DNA from: Prevotellaceae bacterium
Lineage (GTDB): Bacteria; Bacteroidota; Bacteroidia; Bacteroidales; UBA932
Direction of reading: 5' to 3'
Assembly (NCBI GenBank): GCA_031289415.1
Contig: JAITPN010000096.1
Span: forward strand, 1 to 34,486
DNA: 34,486 nucleotides
Shown: positions 1 through 9,533 of the stretch, in pieces
How the letters are laid out: every line of letters begins with the position of its first letter
Numbering within the stretch: the stretch's first letter is position 1
Made by a program: the position numbers and the translations under genes
Notes under the pieces: generated by a model
The model's input: the letters and a program-made list of their open reading frames with translations, nothing else
What the model was told of the DNA's origin: nothing
Databases searched by the model: none

Positions 1-474
1 TATCCAATAATAATAACGATGATTGGTTGAATGCAGCAAACAGGAGTAATGCAGCGCATTTTTCGCCACTATATCCAAGGCTTTCTGCGAGTGAACGCAA
101 AGATTGCAGTCATTCACCCTACGCCCCGACTTGTTCATACGGAACATGGTAGAGTCTTCCGAATACAATTCCTTTGGCAATAACTGTCCCATGGCATGAA
201 GTTGATGTTCCACACGAATATCGTATTTTTCACAATCGGCAAGAAATTTTTTCCCTTTTTCCGATTGCATAAATGCGGCAACCTGCACCGGCGTGACGTG
301 AGTCCCGATGGTGTTGATTCCATTTTCGTGCGCCAATTTAGCCCAATCGACTGTTTCGAGGTCTTCAACGGTTAATACAACGCCGCGCATTTCGAAATAT
401 GGCTCTTTATGCGTACAAGCGAGCGTCATGAAACTTGCTATGGCAAGCCATAAAATTTTTCCTTTGTTCATCAT
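1..474 (-). CDS. Hypothetical lipoprotein, 5' part only (gene runs off window start). N-terminus MMNKGKILWLAIASFMTLAC has a lipobox. This is a different frame from the ORF-track entries 135..368 and 308..598.
   Basis: Manual reverse-strand translation from ATG at 474 reads open to position 1 with no stop: MMNKGKILWLAIASFMTLACTHKEPYFEMRGVVLTVEDLETVDWAKLAHENGINTIGTHV.... Signal peptide followed by Cys. Absent from ORF track because it has no in-window stop. Confidence 0.55.
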   Translation of the reverse strand, partial: MMNKGKILWLAIASFMTLACTHKEPYFEMRGVVLTVEDLETVDWAKLAHENGINTIGTHVTPVQVAAFMQSEKGKKFLADCEKYDIRVEHQLHAMGQLLPKELYSEDSTMFRMNKSGRRVNDCNLCVHSQKALDIVAKNALHYSCLLHSTNHRYYYWI

Positions 475-581
475 TTTAGTTGTTTATGTAAATTTATTCA
501 TTTATTCCGGTCCCCTGTACAGTAATGGTTTCTTTTTTACTCATTGTATATGTATTTTTATTTGCTGCCCATTTTTAAAAA

Positions 582-1631
582 TTATTCCAAATCTTTAACC
601 GGAATGGCATACACTTCATATTCCGCATCGCCACGTCCGAGGCAATAAAGTGTCTGTTGTTTTTCATTAAATGAAATGTATTTTAGTTTTTTATCAACTT
701 TAATAATTTTCACAGGATTTCCGTCCCAGTCATACACCAGAATTTTATTGTATATATTGTCTATTGCTTCTTCGCCGGAAGGGGATGATTTCGCCATTTC
801 TTCCATTTTTTTGATTGTTGTTCCGTTGTAAAGCGCATAAATATATTTATCACCGGATGTAATAGAAACTACGCTGATTTTATTGTCAGGAGAAGGAATG
901 GTCATAACATCTCTTAAGAGAATAGGCGGCAGATCGCCCACATATTGTTTGACGGTTTTTATATTACTGGTATCGCTATAATCATATATTTCAAAAATGT
1001 CATAAAATATTGAAGTACACGCTATTTTTTTTACCTTAGAATTACCGGTGAAAGATAGTTGTAACCTACTTGCAAGCTCTTCTGGAGGACAATTTTCCAA
1101 AGTAATAGTTTCGCCAAATTCATGATGTGATTGGTTCTTTGCATCGTACAGCGCAAAGCGTTTGCCCAATTGTTGATTGTAAATACATATACTCTGGTCA
1201 TAATATGACGACATTCCGGTATTTTCCGGAAGTTTAAATTTCTGGGAAGGATGTGAGAAATCGCCATCAAACGAATACACAAACAGTTTTTGTCCATCCC
1301 GCACAAAAAAACTGGAGTCGTTGTATATACCTATTTGATATATGTAGGTTAATTCGTCAGGTCCTTGCCCTCGCGTCAGAAACCGGACAAACTTGTGGGT
1401 CATCATGTCGTACAGTGAAATTACTTTATCGAACATGGGTTCTGCCAAAATAACATAGTCGCCTGTTGACAAAATATCCTGAGGGAGTCCAATAGAATCC
1501 ACAGGATACGTGTCCATGACTTTTACACTATACTCCTGCTCTTGCGAAAAATAGTCGGTTAAAGCTTTTTTTTCTTCTTGGCATGACATCGCTGCCGCGC
1601 TCATAAATAATACAATTAGGGTCTTTTTCAT
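582..1631 (-). CDS. Hypothetical lipoprotein (signal peptide with lipobox AAMSC); possibly beta-propeller-like
   Basis: 349-aa ORF. N-terminal MKKTLIVLFMSAAAMSC. No recognisable catalytic motifs. Low-GC, AT-rich codon usage. Confidence 0.6.
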   Translation of the reverse strand: MKKTLIVLFMSAAAMSCQEEKKALTDYFSQEQEYSVKVMDTYPVDSIGLPQDILSTGDYVILAEPMFDKVISLYDMMTHKFVRFLTRGQGPDELTYIYQIGIYNDSSFFVRDGQKLFVYSFDGDFSHPSQKFKLPENTGMSSYYDQSICIYNQQLGKRFALYDAKNQSHHEFGETITLENCPPEELASRLQLSFTGNSKVKKIACTSIFYDIFEIYDYSDTSNIKTVKQYVGDLPPILLRDVMTIPSPDNKISVVSITSGDKYIYALYNGTTIKKMEEMAKSSPSGEEAIDNIYNKILVYDWDGNPVKIIKVDKKLKYISFNEKQQTLYCLGRGDAEYEVYAIPVKDLE

Positions 1632-1702
1632 CGTTATATTTGTTTTAAAATGTTATTTTTATTATAATAAGGTATTGATTCTTTTTTGATAAAACAATCG
1701 TT

Positions 1703-2428
1703 TTATTGATTACCGGCTTTCGTTTTGCCGAATGTCAACCCTGCGCGAAGCCCGAACACCAGCGCCAAACCGCGGTATCCAAGCCCGAAAATGCTTTCGT
1801 CAAAAGCTTGTTTTTGGTCGTCGTAAAAACTGTGCGAATAGGAAAGTCCTATGTATGCGTCAAGGAACAAAGGATGCCGCATGTCGGACTGGTATCCGAA
1901 GCAGACCGTAACGTTCGTTTTGTGGAAATATTGGTTTTCGGTTTGGTCTATATAATTATAGGTATAGTAAGTCAGCCCGTCTTCTTGGTACGGCAGGAGT
2001 TTATATTCTGAAAAAAGATAGGTTACATCAAAATAATTGTAGGAAATACCTGCTTTGCAATAGGCTGTTTCGACGGTGTTGTTGAAAAACATTTTATAGC
2101 CAAGTTCCAAGCCTCCGCTTAGCAGTCCGTGTACTTCCTTGTCTGCGCTGTTGACCGTAGTGAACGAAGCGAACGAACGGTCTTCGTCGTAGGGCATGAA
2201 ATAAAAGGCAGGCGAAAGTTGTATCCAATGCGGCAGGTTGCCCACACGTTTTTCAAATTGCAGGCGTATATTTCCATACGTTACAAAAGCGTAGGGTTCA
2301 ACAGCAATGCTGTATTTCCGCGAATTTTCGGGAACAGGCTGAAAGCAACCTGTCCGCGTTTGGGCTTGCAAGCGGCATACGGACGATGCCATGACGGCAA
2401 ACAAACAGAAGCAAATACATTTTTTCAT
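1703..2428 (-). CDS. Hypothetical secreted protein, likely outer-membrane beta-barrel
   Basis: 241-aa ORF. Signal peptide MKKCICFCLFAVMASSVCRLQAQ. Alternating aromatic/hydrophobic pattern (YxYxY, GLxYxxxF) typical of beta-strands. Confidence 0.5.
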   Translation of the reverse strand: MKKCICFCLFAVMASSVCRLQAQTRTGCFQPVPENSRKYSIAVEPYAFVTYGNIRLQFEKRVGNLPHWIQLSPAFYFMPYDEDRSFASFTTVNSADKEVHGLLSGGLELGYKMFFNNTVETAYCKAGISYNYFDVTYLFSEYKLLPYQEDGLTYYTYNYIDQTENQYFHKTNVTVCFGYQSDMRHPLFLDAYIGLSYSHSFYDDQKQAFDESIFGLGYRGLALVFGLRAGLTFGKTKAGNQ

Positions 2429-2429
2429 A

Positions 2430-3221
2430 TCAGTTTTCTTTAGATACAGCTATTTTACTTAAAAGCGATAATTTTGTTGCGGCGTCGTCATATTCGAATT
2501 GGTAAAATCCGTCTGCGCCCGTAACCATGAGGTGCGCGCCGATAGGAATTACGTCATACGTGTTGATGCTAATATCTTCCAAATCGGCAACCCATTTTGG
2601 CGCGTTGGGTTGGGTGAGGTCATATACTCTTAGTCCGGCGGTGAAACACACGAACAAGTTATTGCCGCTTATTCCCAATCCTTTAGGATGCTGCGACGAG
2701 GTGGAAATGGTGGCGTCAAGGTTCGGTTGCTTAGGATTGCTGATGTCGTACACGCGGATTTCATTGGTGTTTCGTCCGCAAACGGCATTTTCGGTGTTCA
2801 GCGTAACGTAGGCATAATTGCCCGAAGCTACCACCGGGTCGCAACTTGTGATGTGCGACGCCATGCTGAGATACTCCGGAAAACCCGGAATGGATACATT
2901 ATATATATACATACCTGTTTGCGAACCGATAAATAATAAGGTATCCATTACAAAAATAGTTTCGAGATTGTTTTGCCTCAAGCCTTCATCCCTTGACGGC
3001 ATATAGATGGGCTTTGCCGCGTCGGCAATGTTGAACAATTTTAATGTAGCGTTATCTACCACATACAGCACGTCGTCTTTTATGGTAAACCGCGCCATAG
3101 AGCCGCCGGTGCCGGTACTGCCGCCCGAAGGGTCGCCGGCGTAATCGCTTCCACTTTCGCAACTTACTAATAAAAATGAGCTAATCAAAGCTGTTATTAA
3201 GTATATAATATAAGTTTTCAT
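2430..3221 (-). CDS. LVIVD-repeat-like beta-propeller lipoprotein
   Basis: 263-aa ORF. Lipobox LLVSC. Repeated motifs LYVVDNATLKLFNIADAAKP / AYVTLNTE...RVYDISNPKQP / LFVCFTAGLRVYDLTQPNAP resemble LVIVD repeats. Confidence 0.5.
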   Translation of the reverse strand: MKTYIIYLITALISSFLLVSCESGSDYAGDPSGGSTGTGGSMARFTIKDDVLYVVDNATLKLFNIADAAKPIYMPSRDEGLRQNNLETIFVMDTLLFIGSQTGMYIYNVSIPGFPEYLSMASHITSCDPVVASGNYAYVTLNTENAVCGRNTNEIRVYDISNPKQPNLDATISTSSQHPKGLGISGNNLFVCFTAGLRVYDLTQPNAPKWVADLEDISINTYDVIPIGAHLMVTGADGFYQFEYDDAATKLSLLSKIAVSKEN

Positions 3222-3233
3222 CGTCTTGATTTT

Positions 3234-3725
3234 TTAATAGTTTTTTTCCCATCCGACAAGAATCATATCGTCGGGTCTTTGATAAATATATGTGTTTTCC
3301 GGCGTATAGGGTTCGGGCAGTACGTCGCGAATCCGTGTCGTAACTTCTTTATTTATAAGGTCGAACGCCACCAAGTCCACCGCGTTGTCCACATATAAAA
3401 TATCGCCTTTGATAGCCATGTCAATACACCCCGGAGCTACAATGAACCCTTCTTTTACAGGCGATTTCGGGTTTTCGTTGTTAATCACATGCACGCCTTT
3501 GTAACGTTCGTTTACGTAAATGTACGGCGATTTGTAATAAATTTTTCCGGGGTTTTGCAACGCTCTTTTCTCACCGGATGCGTAAAATACAGACGTATCA
3601 AACCCCTCGCGGCTCATATATACAGGCGTATATTGGCTTTGCGGCATCGGACTTGTAGCGTATAATACAGCTATTAATGAGAGCGTTAAAATTAATAAAA
3701 GTGCATTTCGTTTCATTTTTACCAA
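3234..3725 (-). CDS. Hypothetical secreted protein (start may be the internal MKRNALLL at 3716)
   Basis: 163-aa ORF with N-terminal hydrophobic signal LLLILTLSLIAVLYA. No recognisable motifs. Confidence 0.5.
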   Translation of the reverse strand: MVKMKRNALLLILTLSLIAVLYATSPMPQSQYTPVYMSREGFDTSVFYASGEKRALQNPGKIYYKSPYIYVNERYKGVHVINNENPKSPVKEGFIVAPGCIDMAIKGDILYVDNAVDLVAFDLINKEVTTRIRDVLPEPYTPENTYIYQRPDDMILVGWEKNY

Positions 3726-3798
3726 GCTTTTTAGGTTATTATAACATTACAAATGTAAGCATAAAAAATGAAAAAAATGAAAAAATGTTCAAATCTTG

Positions 3799-3829
3799 TT
3801 TGTAAGTTTAAAAAATGTTACTACCTTTG
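3799..3829 (+). promoter_or_regulatory. Bacteroidetes sigma-A type promoter for rplC (-33 TTTG at 3799-3802, 19-nt spacer, -7 TACCTTTG at 3822-3829)
   Basis: Sequence match to TTTG...TAnnTTTG consensus about 50 nt upstream of the rplC ATG. Lies inside the 65-bp repeat duplicated at 9482..9546. Confidence 0.6.
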
Positions 3830-3879
3830 CAACCCGCTTTTTTATGCGGATAATGATTAAATTATTAAATTACAGATAC

Positions 3880-4503
3880 ATGCCTGGAATAATTGGGAGA
3901 AAAATCGGAATGACGTCCATTTTTGGAAGTGATGGTAAAAATATACCATGCACCGTCATTGAAGCTGGGCCGTGTGTAGTTACGCAGGTACTTACGGAAG
4001 ATAAGAATGGTTATGCCGCCGTACAACTTGCCTATGACGACAAAAAAGAAAAACACACCAGCGCAGGCTTAATAGGCCATTTCAAAAAGGCAAATACCAC
4101 GCCTAAAGGCAAGTTGGCAGAGTTTAAAAACGACTTTGCTAAACCGCTGCAATTGGGTGATGTGATTACCGTAGCTGATGTACTTCATGAAGAAGACTGG
4201 ATTGATGTTACGGGTACTTCTAAAGGAAAAGGTTTCCAAGGCGTAGTTAAGCGTCATGGATTCAGTGGTGTAGGTGGTCAAACGCACGGTCAACACAACC
4301 GTTTGCGCGCCCCCGGTTCAATGGGCGCATCATCATGGCCCTCGCGCGTTTTCCCCGGAAAACGGCTTCCCGGACGGATGGGCGGCGACCAAGTTAAAAT
4401 GTTAAACCTGAAAGTGCTGAAAGTGATTCCCGAAAACAATTTGTTATTGGTGAAAGGATCAATCCCCGGCGCAAAAGGTTCATATCTATTAGTAGAGGAG
4501 TAA
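3880..4503 (+). CDS. rplC: 50S ribosomal protein L3 (start taken at the internal [15 protein letters not shown], not the 3796 ORF-track start)
   Basis: Conserved L3 N-terminus and length (207 aa). The upstream extension of the ORF overlaps the promoter. Confidence 0.93.
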   Translation: MPGIIGRKIGMTSIFGSDGKNIPCTVIEAGPCVVTQVLTEDKNGYAAVQLAYDDKKEKHTSAGLIGHFKKANTTPKGKLAEFKNDFAKPLQLGDVITVADVLHEEDWIDVTGTSKGKGFQGVVKRHGFSGVGGQTHGQHNRLRAPGSMGASSWPSRVFPGKRLPGRMGGDQVKMLNLKVLKVIPENNLLLVKGSIPGAKGSYLLVEE

Positions 4504-4510
4504 ACTGGCA

Positions 4511-5149
4511 ATGGAACTATCAGTATATAAAATAGATGGAAAAGAGTCGGGAAAAAAGATTGTCCTCGACGATACGGTATTCGGCATAGCTCCGAACGAC
4601 CACGCAATTTACTTAGATGTAAAGCAATACTTAGCAAATCAACGCCAAGGCACAAGCAAAACGAAAGACCGCGGCGAAGTGGCTTACAGCACCAAGAAAA
4701 TGGGTCGCCAGAAAGGCGGCGGCGGTGCACGTCACGGCAGCATCAAAGCCAATATTTATGTAGGCGGCGGTCGTGCATTCGGACCCCAACCGCGCGACTA
4801 CAGTTTTAAGTTGAATAAACAATTCAAACAATTGGCTCGCCGCAGCGCACTCTCGCAGAAAGCCAAAGACGACGCGATTACCGTACTGGAGCAATTTACG
4901 ATGGAAGCCCCGAAGACGTCGGAATTTACGACTATCTTCAAAAACCTTAGCATTGACGGTCGTTCGAAAGTGTTGATGGTACTTCCTGAAAATAATAGTA
5001 ATATCTACTTGTCGTCCCGCAACCTGCAACGTGTAAAAGTACTCACTTCGTCGGAACTGACTACTTACGACATTGTGAACGCTACCAAACTGGTGTTGGT
5101 GGACGCCACGGTTGAGGTATTGAATAAACAATTAGGACATAACGCATAA
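4511..5149 (+). CDS. rplD: 50S ribosomal protein L4
   Basis: 212 aa. L4 motifs (QKGGGGARHGS, VGGGRAFGP). Operon position. Confidence 0.93.
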   Translation: MELSVYKIDGKESGKKIVLDDTVFGIAPNDHAIYLDVKQYLANQRQGTSKTKDRGEVAYSTKKMGRQKGGGGARHGSIKANIYVGGGRAFGPQPRDYSFKLNKQFKQLARRSALSQKAKDDAITVLEQFTMEAPKTSEFTTIFKNLSIDGRSKVLMVLPENNSNIYLSSRNLQRVKVLTSSELTTYDIVNATKLVLVDATVEVLNKQLGHNA

Positions 5150-5162
5150 AACCATAAACAGC

Positions 5163-5453
5163 ATGGAAATATTATTAAAGCCATTAATTACCGAAAAAAT
5201 GACGATTCAGGGCGAAAAGTTGAATCATTACGGTTTTATAGTTGACCGCGAAGCCAATAAAATTGACATTAAAAAGGCGGTTGAAGAAATGTACGGAGTT
5301 ACGGTGAAAGAAGTAAACACCATAAACTACCATGGAAAACGCAAAAGCCGCTATACCAAAGCCGGCATACTGACAGGACGCGCCAATCACTTTAAAAAAG
5401 CAATTGTAACGCTTGCCGGAGAAGATAAAATAGATTTTTATAGCAACATTTAA
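5163..5453 (+). CDS. rplW: 50S ribosomal protein L23
   Basis: 96 aa. Operon position and L23-like sequence. Confidence 0.9.
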   Translation: MEILLKPLITEKMTIQGEKLNHYGFIVDREANKIDIKKAVEEMYGVTVKEVNTINYHGKRKSRYTKAGILTGRANHFKKAIVTLAGEDKIDFYSNI

Positions 5454-5455
5454 AC

Positions 5456-6280
5456 ATGGCAGTACGTAAATTTAAACCGGTAACACCCGGACAACGACAT
5501 AAAATCATCAGTGCATTTGATGATATCACATGTACGAAGCCCGAAAAGTCGCTACTTGCACCCGTACGCAAATCGGGCGGGCGCAACAACCAAGGGAAAA
5601 TGACAATGCGCTACATCGGCGGCGGGCATAAACGCATGTACCGCATCATTGACTTTTTGCGCAACAAAGACGGCATTAAAGCCACCGTAACAGCTATCGA
5701 ATACGACCCCAATCGCAGCGCACGCATTGCATTGGTACAATATGTCGATGGCGAAAAACGCTACATTATAGCGCCGAATGGGTTAAAAGTAGGACAGCAA
5801 ATTATTTCCGGCACAGGCATTGCGCCCGAAGTAGGCAACGCATTGCCTCTGGGCGAAATTCCTCTCGGAACGATTGTACACAACATTGAACTGCGTCCCG
5901 GACAAGGTGCGGCTATGGCTCGCAGCGCCGGAACTTATGCACAGCTCACATCGCGTGAAGGTACGCATGCCATATTGAAACTGCCTTCGGGCGAAGTACG
6001 CATGGTGCTTGTAACTTGCCGCGCTACGGTAGGCAGTGTATCAAACCCTGACCACAACCTCGAATCGCACGGAAAAGCGGGTCGTAAGCGTTGGTTAGGA
6101 CGTCGTCCGCGCGTTCGCGGCGTAGTAATGAACCCTGTCGACCACCCGATGGGCGGCGGTGAAGGTCGTGCCTCAGGCGGACATCCGCGCTCGCGCAAGG
6201 GCATACCGGCTAAGGGATACAAAACACGTAACCCGAAAAAAACTTCTAAGAAGTTTATTATTGAAAGACGTAAAAAATAA
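5456..6280 (+). CDS. rplB: 50S ribosomal protein L2
   Basis: 274 aa. GGGHKRMYR and C-terminal Gly/His-rich L2 signature. Confidence 0.95.
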   Translation: MAVRKFKPVTPGQRHKIISAFDDITCTKPEKSLLAPVRKSGGRNNQGKMTMRYIGGGHKRMYRIIDFLRNKDGIKATVTAIEYDPNRSARIALVQYVDGEKRYIIAPNGLKVGQQIISGTGIAPEVGNALPLGEIPLGTIVHNIELRPGQGAAMARSAGTYAQLTSREGTHAILKLPSGEVRMVLVTCRATVGSVSNPDHNLESHGKAGRKRWLGRRPRVRGVVMNPVDHPMGGGEGRASGGHPRSRKGIPAKGYKTRNPKKTSKKFIIERRKK

Positions 6281-6301
6281 CCGGATAAACGAGAAAAAAT
6301 T

Positions 6302-6568
6302 ATGAGTCGTTCACTAAAAAAAGGTCCTTATATCTACCCCAGCCTTGAAAAAAAGGTGCTGGAAATGGCAGAAGGTAAAAAGAAAAAAGAAGTGATAAAA
6401 ACATGGTCGCGGGCAAGTGTAATTTCGCCCGACTTTGTAGGACAAACCATTGCCGTGCATAACGGCAACAAGTTTATCCCTGTGTATATTACCGAAAACA
6501 TGGTAGGTCATAAATTGGGTGAATTTGCACCCACCCGAACATTCAAAGGACACTCGGGTAACCGTTAA
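6302..6568 (+). CDS. rpsS: 30S ribosomal protein S19
   Basis: 88 aa. [11 protein letters not shown]-terminus. Confidence 0.93.
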   Translation: MSRSLKKGPYIYPSLEKKVLEMAEGKKKKEVIKTWSRASVISPDFVGQTIAVHNGNKFIPVYITENMVGHKLGEFAPTRTFKGHSGNR

Positions 6569-6600
6569 ACATTAACAACCGTATAAAATAAAACCTCAAT

Positions 6601-7035
6601 ATGGGAGCTCGTAAAAGAGAAATGGCTGAAAGGCTGAAAGAAGAAAGGAAACAAAAAGCAGTGGCAAAACTGAACAATGTTCCGACCTCGCCCCGCAAAA
6701 TGCGTTTGGTCGCTGATTTGGTAAGGGGGGTTGAAGTAAACCGCGCCTTGGATATTTTAAAATATACCAAGAAAGAAGCTTCGGTTCGTTTGGAAAAATT
6801 ACTCAAATCGGCTATTGCCAATTGGGAAAAGAAGAATGAAGGCGAAAGGAAAGAATTGGAAAACGGAAATATTTGTATTACCCATATTTCCGTAGGGCAA
6901 GGACGTACGCTGAAACGTATCCGCACCGCGCCGCAAGGACGCGCCGCTCGTATTCGCAAACGTTCAAACCACGTAACGATTATGTTGGGTAAAAAAAATG
7001 AATCCGAAAAAGTAACAGTAACAGAGGAGCAATAA
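6601..7035 (+). CDS. rplV: 50S ribosomal protein L22
   Basis: 144 aa. [14 protein letters not shown] motif. Confidence 0.92.
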   Translation: MGARKREMAERLKEERKQKAVAKLNNVPTSPRKMRLVADLVRGVEVNRALDILKYTKKEASVRLEKLLKSAIANWEKKNEGERKELENGNICITHISVGQGRTLKRIRTAPQGRAARIRKRSNHVTIMLGKKNESEKVTVTEEQ

Positions 7036-7038
7036 ATT

Positions 7039-7821
7039 ATGGGACAAAAAACAAACCCAATCAGTAATCGTTTAGGAATTATCCGCGGCTGGGAATCGAA
7101 TTGGTACGGCGGTAAAGCATACGCCGGCAAAATTTTAGAAGACGCTAAAATCCGCCAATATCTCACTGTCCGTTTAGCGAAAGCGAGTTTGTCAAAACTC
7201 GTGATTGAACGTACGTTGAAGCTTATTACTGTTACTATTCACTCCGCCCGTCCGGGAATCATCATCGGAAAAGGCGGACAGGACATAGATAAACTCAAAG
7301 AAGAGTTGAAGAAAATTACGAACAAAGAGGTTCAAATCAACATTTATGAAGTGAAACGCCCCGAATTGGACGCGGTGATTGTGTCGAACAACATCGCCCG
7401 TCAGGTAGAAGGTCGCGTATCATACCGCCGGGCTATTAAAATGGCAATGGCTTCGACCATCCGCATGGGCGCTGAAGGGATTAAAGTACTTATCAGCGGA
7501 CGGCTCGGAGGCGCTGAAATGGCTCGCCGCGAAATGTTGAAAGAAGGACGTACGCCGCTCCATACTTTCCGTGCCGACATTGACTACGCATTAGCCGAAG
7601 CCAACACCAAAGTGGGCGTGCTGGGCGTAAAAGTGTGGATTTGCAACGGCGAAGTGTATGGACGTCGCGATTTATCGCCGAATATCGGCTCTTCATCCCT
7701 CAACATCGAAGTAGGCAGCGGCTCTGCGGGCGGCGACCGCCGTAGCGGAGGCTTTGACCGCCGCCGCAATGACCGCGACCGTGGCGGCGACCGTCGCCGT
7801 CGCGACCGTGATAGAAAATAG
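7039..7821 (+). CDS. rpsC: 30S ribosomal protein S3 with about 35-aa C-terminal Arg/Asp/Gly low-complexity tail
   Basis: 260 aa. KH domain region and [13 protein letters not shown]-terminus. Tail [30 protein letters not shown]. Confidence 0.93.
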   Translation: MGQKTNPISNRLGIIRGWESNWYGGKAYAGKILEDAKIRQYLTVRLAKASLSKLVIERTLKLITVTIHSARPGIIIGKGGQDIDKLKEELKKITNKEVQINIYEVKRPELDAVIVSNNIARQVEGRVSYRRAIKMAMASTIRMGAEGIKVLISGRLGGAEMARREMLKEGRTPLHTFRADIDYALAEANTKVGVLGVKVWICNGEVYGRRDLSPNIGSSSLNIEVGSGSAGGDRRSGGFDRRRNDRDRGGDRRRRDRDRK

Positions 7822-7845
7822 TAAGGAAGTTATGATAAAGAAACG

Positions 7846-7881
7846 AAGGCAGCCTCAGCAATGAAGTTGCCTTTGTTTTTT
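7846..7881 (+). terminator. Intrinsic-terminator-like hairpin after rpsC (8-bp stem AAGGCAGC/GTTGCCTT with one G·U, 12-nt loop, then TGTTTTTT)
   Basis: Stem-loop plus T-run 25 nt after the rpsC stop. Unexpected inside an S10 operon. Confidence 0.45.
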
Positions 7882-8144
7882 CGTTGACAAGTGTTGTGAA
7901 GTGTGAAGAGTAAAGCGTGAAGCGTGTCGTCGTCGTATTTTTCGCCCTGCGAGCGGACGATATAACCTGCTTGCGCCGATTTATAGTGTCTGTTGCGCAA
8001 CAGACACTTGCAATCCGTGCGTTGCTTAGCAAAAAAGAAAAAAGTATGTTTTGTGATATGAATATATTAGAAAGGTGCACGGATTGCAAATCCGCGCGAG
8101 CAGATTGAAAGTAGTGTAGCTTTCTTAATCACCCCTTCGGGGGG

Positions 8145-9125
8145 CTACAACGCCAATACCTGCGCCATTTTGTGTTCCATTTGGTTAATGTCGTTGCGGC
8201 GCGACACGGCTTGCTCAAAAGGAGTATATACAACATCACCGTTTATCTGCCCTGTCATCACATCCGTCGTTCCGTCAAGCAATGCGGTAACGGCAGCGTA
8301 GCCCAACCGGCTGGCAAGCACACGGTCGTTGCAAGTGGGCGAGCCGCCTCGCTGAATGTGTCCGAGCGTAGATACGCGCGTGTCGTATGTGGGTAATATT
8401 TCCTTGACTTTACGGGCAACTTCGGCGGCGTTACCTCCTCCAAAGCCTTCGGCTACGATAATAATGCCCGACGATTTATTTTTGCGCCGTCCGTATTCCA
8501 GATAATGGCATAAATCCTGTATTTCGGTGTCTATTTCGGGTATGAGCGTCGCTTCTGCGCCGGTGGCGATAGAGGTATTGAGGGCGATGAATCCCGAATT
8601 ACGCCCCATGACTTCCACAAAAAATATAATGTTGTGCGAATCGGCGGTGTCGCGGATTTTGTCCACCGCTTCCATAGCGGTGTTGATGGCGGTGTCGTAG
8701 CCAATGGTGAAATCCGTTCCGTAAATGTCGTTGTCAATCGTTCCCGGCACGCCTATCACAGGGAATCCAAATTCCTTGTACAGAAGGGTTGCGCCGCGGA
8801 ACGAACCGTCGCCTCCGATGACTACCAGCGCATCAATGCCTGCTTCTTTCAGATTGTCGTGCGCGATGCTGCGCACTTCGGCTTCGACGAAACGAGGGCA
8901 GCGCGACGATTTGAGAATAGTGCCGCCGCGCGACATGATTTTTGAGACCGAATGACTTTCCATCGGCACAAACTGCTTCTCAAGCAATCCGGTATATCCT
9001 TGCCGGATGCCTACCACTTCCAATTCGTGAAATATAGCGGTGCGCACTACGGCGCGTATGGCGGCATTCATCCCCGGCGCATCGCCGCCCGAAGTTAATA
9101 CGCCTATTTTTTTTAGCTGTTTCAT
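8145..9125 (-). CDS. pfkA: ATP-dependent 6-phosphofructokinase
   Basis: 326 aa. GVLTSGGDAPGMNAAIR and GGDGS, MGR motifs of PFK-A family. Opposite strand to flanking r-protein genes. Confidence 0.9.
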   Translation of the reverse strand: MKQLKKIGVLTSGGDAPGMNAAIRAVVRTAIFHELEVVGIRQGYTGLLEKQFVPMESHSVSKIMSRGGTILKSSRCPRFVEAEVRSIAHDNLKEAGIDALVVIGGDGSFRGATLLYKEFGFPVIGVPGTIDNDIYGTDFTIGYDTAINTAMEAVDKIRDTADSHNIIFFVEVMGRNSGFIALNTSIATGAEATLIPEIDTEIQDLCHYLEYGRRKNKSSGIIIVAEGFGGGNAAEVARKVKEILPTYDTRVSTLGHIQRGGSPTCNDRVLASRLGYAAVTALLDGTTDVMTGQINGDVVYTPFEQAVSRRNDINQMEHKMAQVLAL

Positions 9126-9150
9126 ATTACATTACATTTTTAACCCGACA

Positions 9151-9182
9151 CAAAAATAGAGAAAAGCCTATGATTTTACAAA
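9151..9182 (-). promoter_or_regulatory. Candidate pfkA promoter (minus strand: TTTG, 20-nt spacer, TATTTTTG; about 25 nt upstream of ATG)
   Basis: Consensus match on reverse strand upstream of the pfkA start. Confidence 0.35.
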
Positions 9183-9502
9183 TCGGGGGTTAAAAGATGA
9201 AGATATTTTAACCTAAAATTAAATAAGGAATATGGGTTTTACCACCCGATAGTCATTTCTGAAATTATCATTACTTTATAGTATATGATGATTTGCGTTT
9301 ACGAACTCGCCGCCATTTTATGCCATACACTATAAAAAACACCCATGCACAGCAAACGATGTATCCATTAATTCCGGCTAATGGGTAACCCTGACAAAAA
9401 TCAACGAATTTTTTATGGATTTATTATATATTTAAAAATCAAATGTTTTGTATTATTTTTGTTATTTTCTTGCAAAAAAAGTGAAAAAATGTTCAAATCT
9501 TG

Positions 9503-9533
9503 TTTGTAAGTTTAAAAAATGTTACTACCTTTG
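9503..9533 (+). promoter_or_regulatory. Duplicated copy of the rplC promoter, upstream of rplP (-33 TTTG 9503-9506, -7 TACCTTTG 9526-9533)
   Basis: Part of the 65-bp perfect direct repeat 9482..9546 (= 3778..3842). Confidence 0.6.

Noticed and set aside
135-598. ORF-track ORFs 135..368 (-) and 308..598 (+)
   Set aside because: A longer open frame on the minus strand (474 to beyond position 1) with a convincing lipoprotein signal peptide occupies this region in a different frame. The listed ORFs are short out-of-frame or antisense artefacts.
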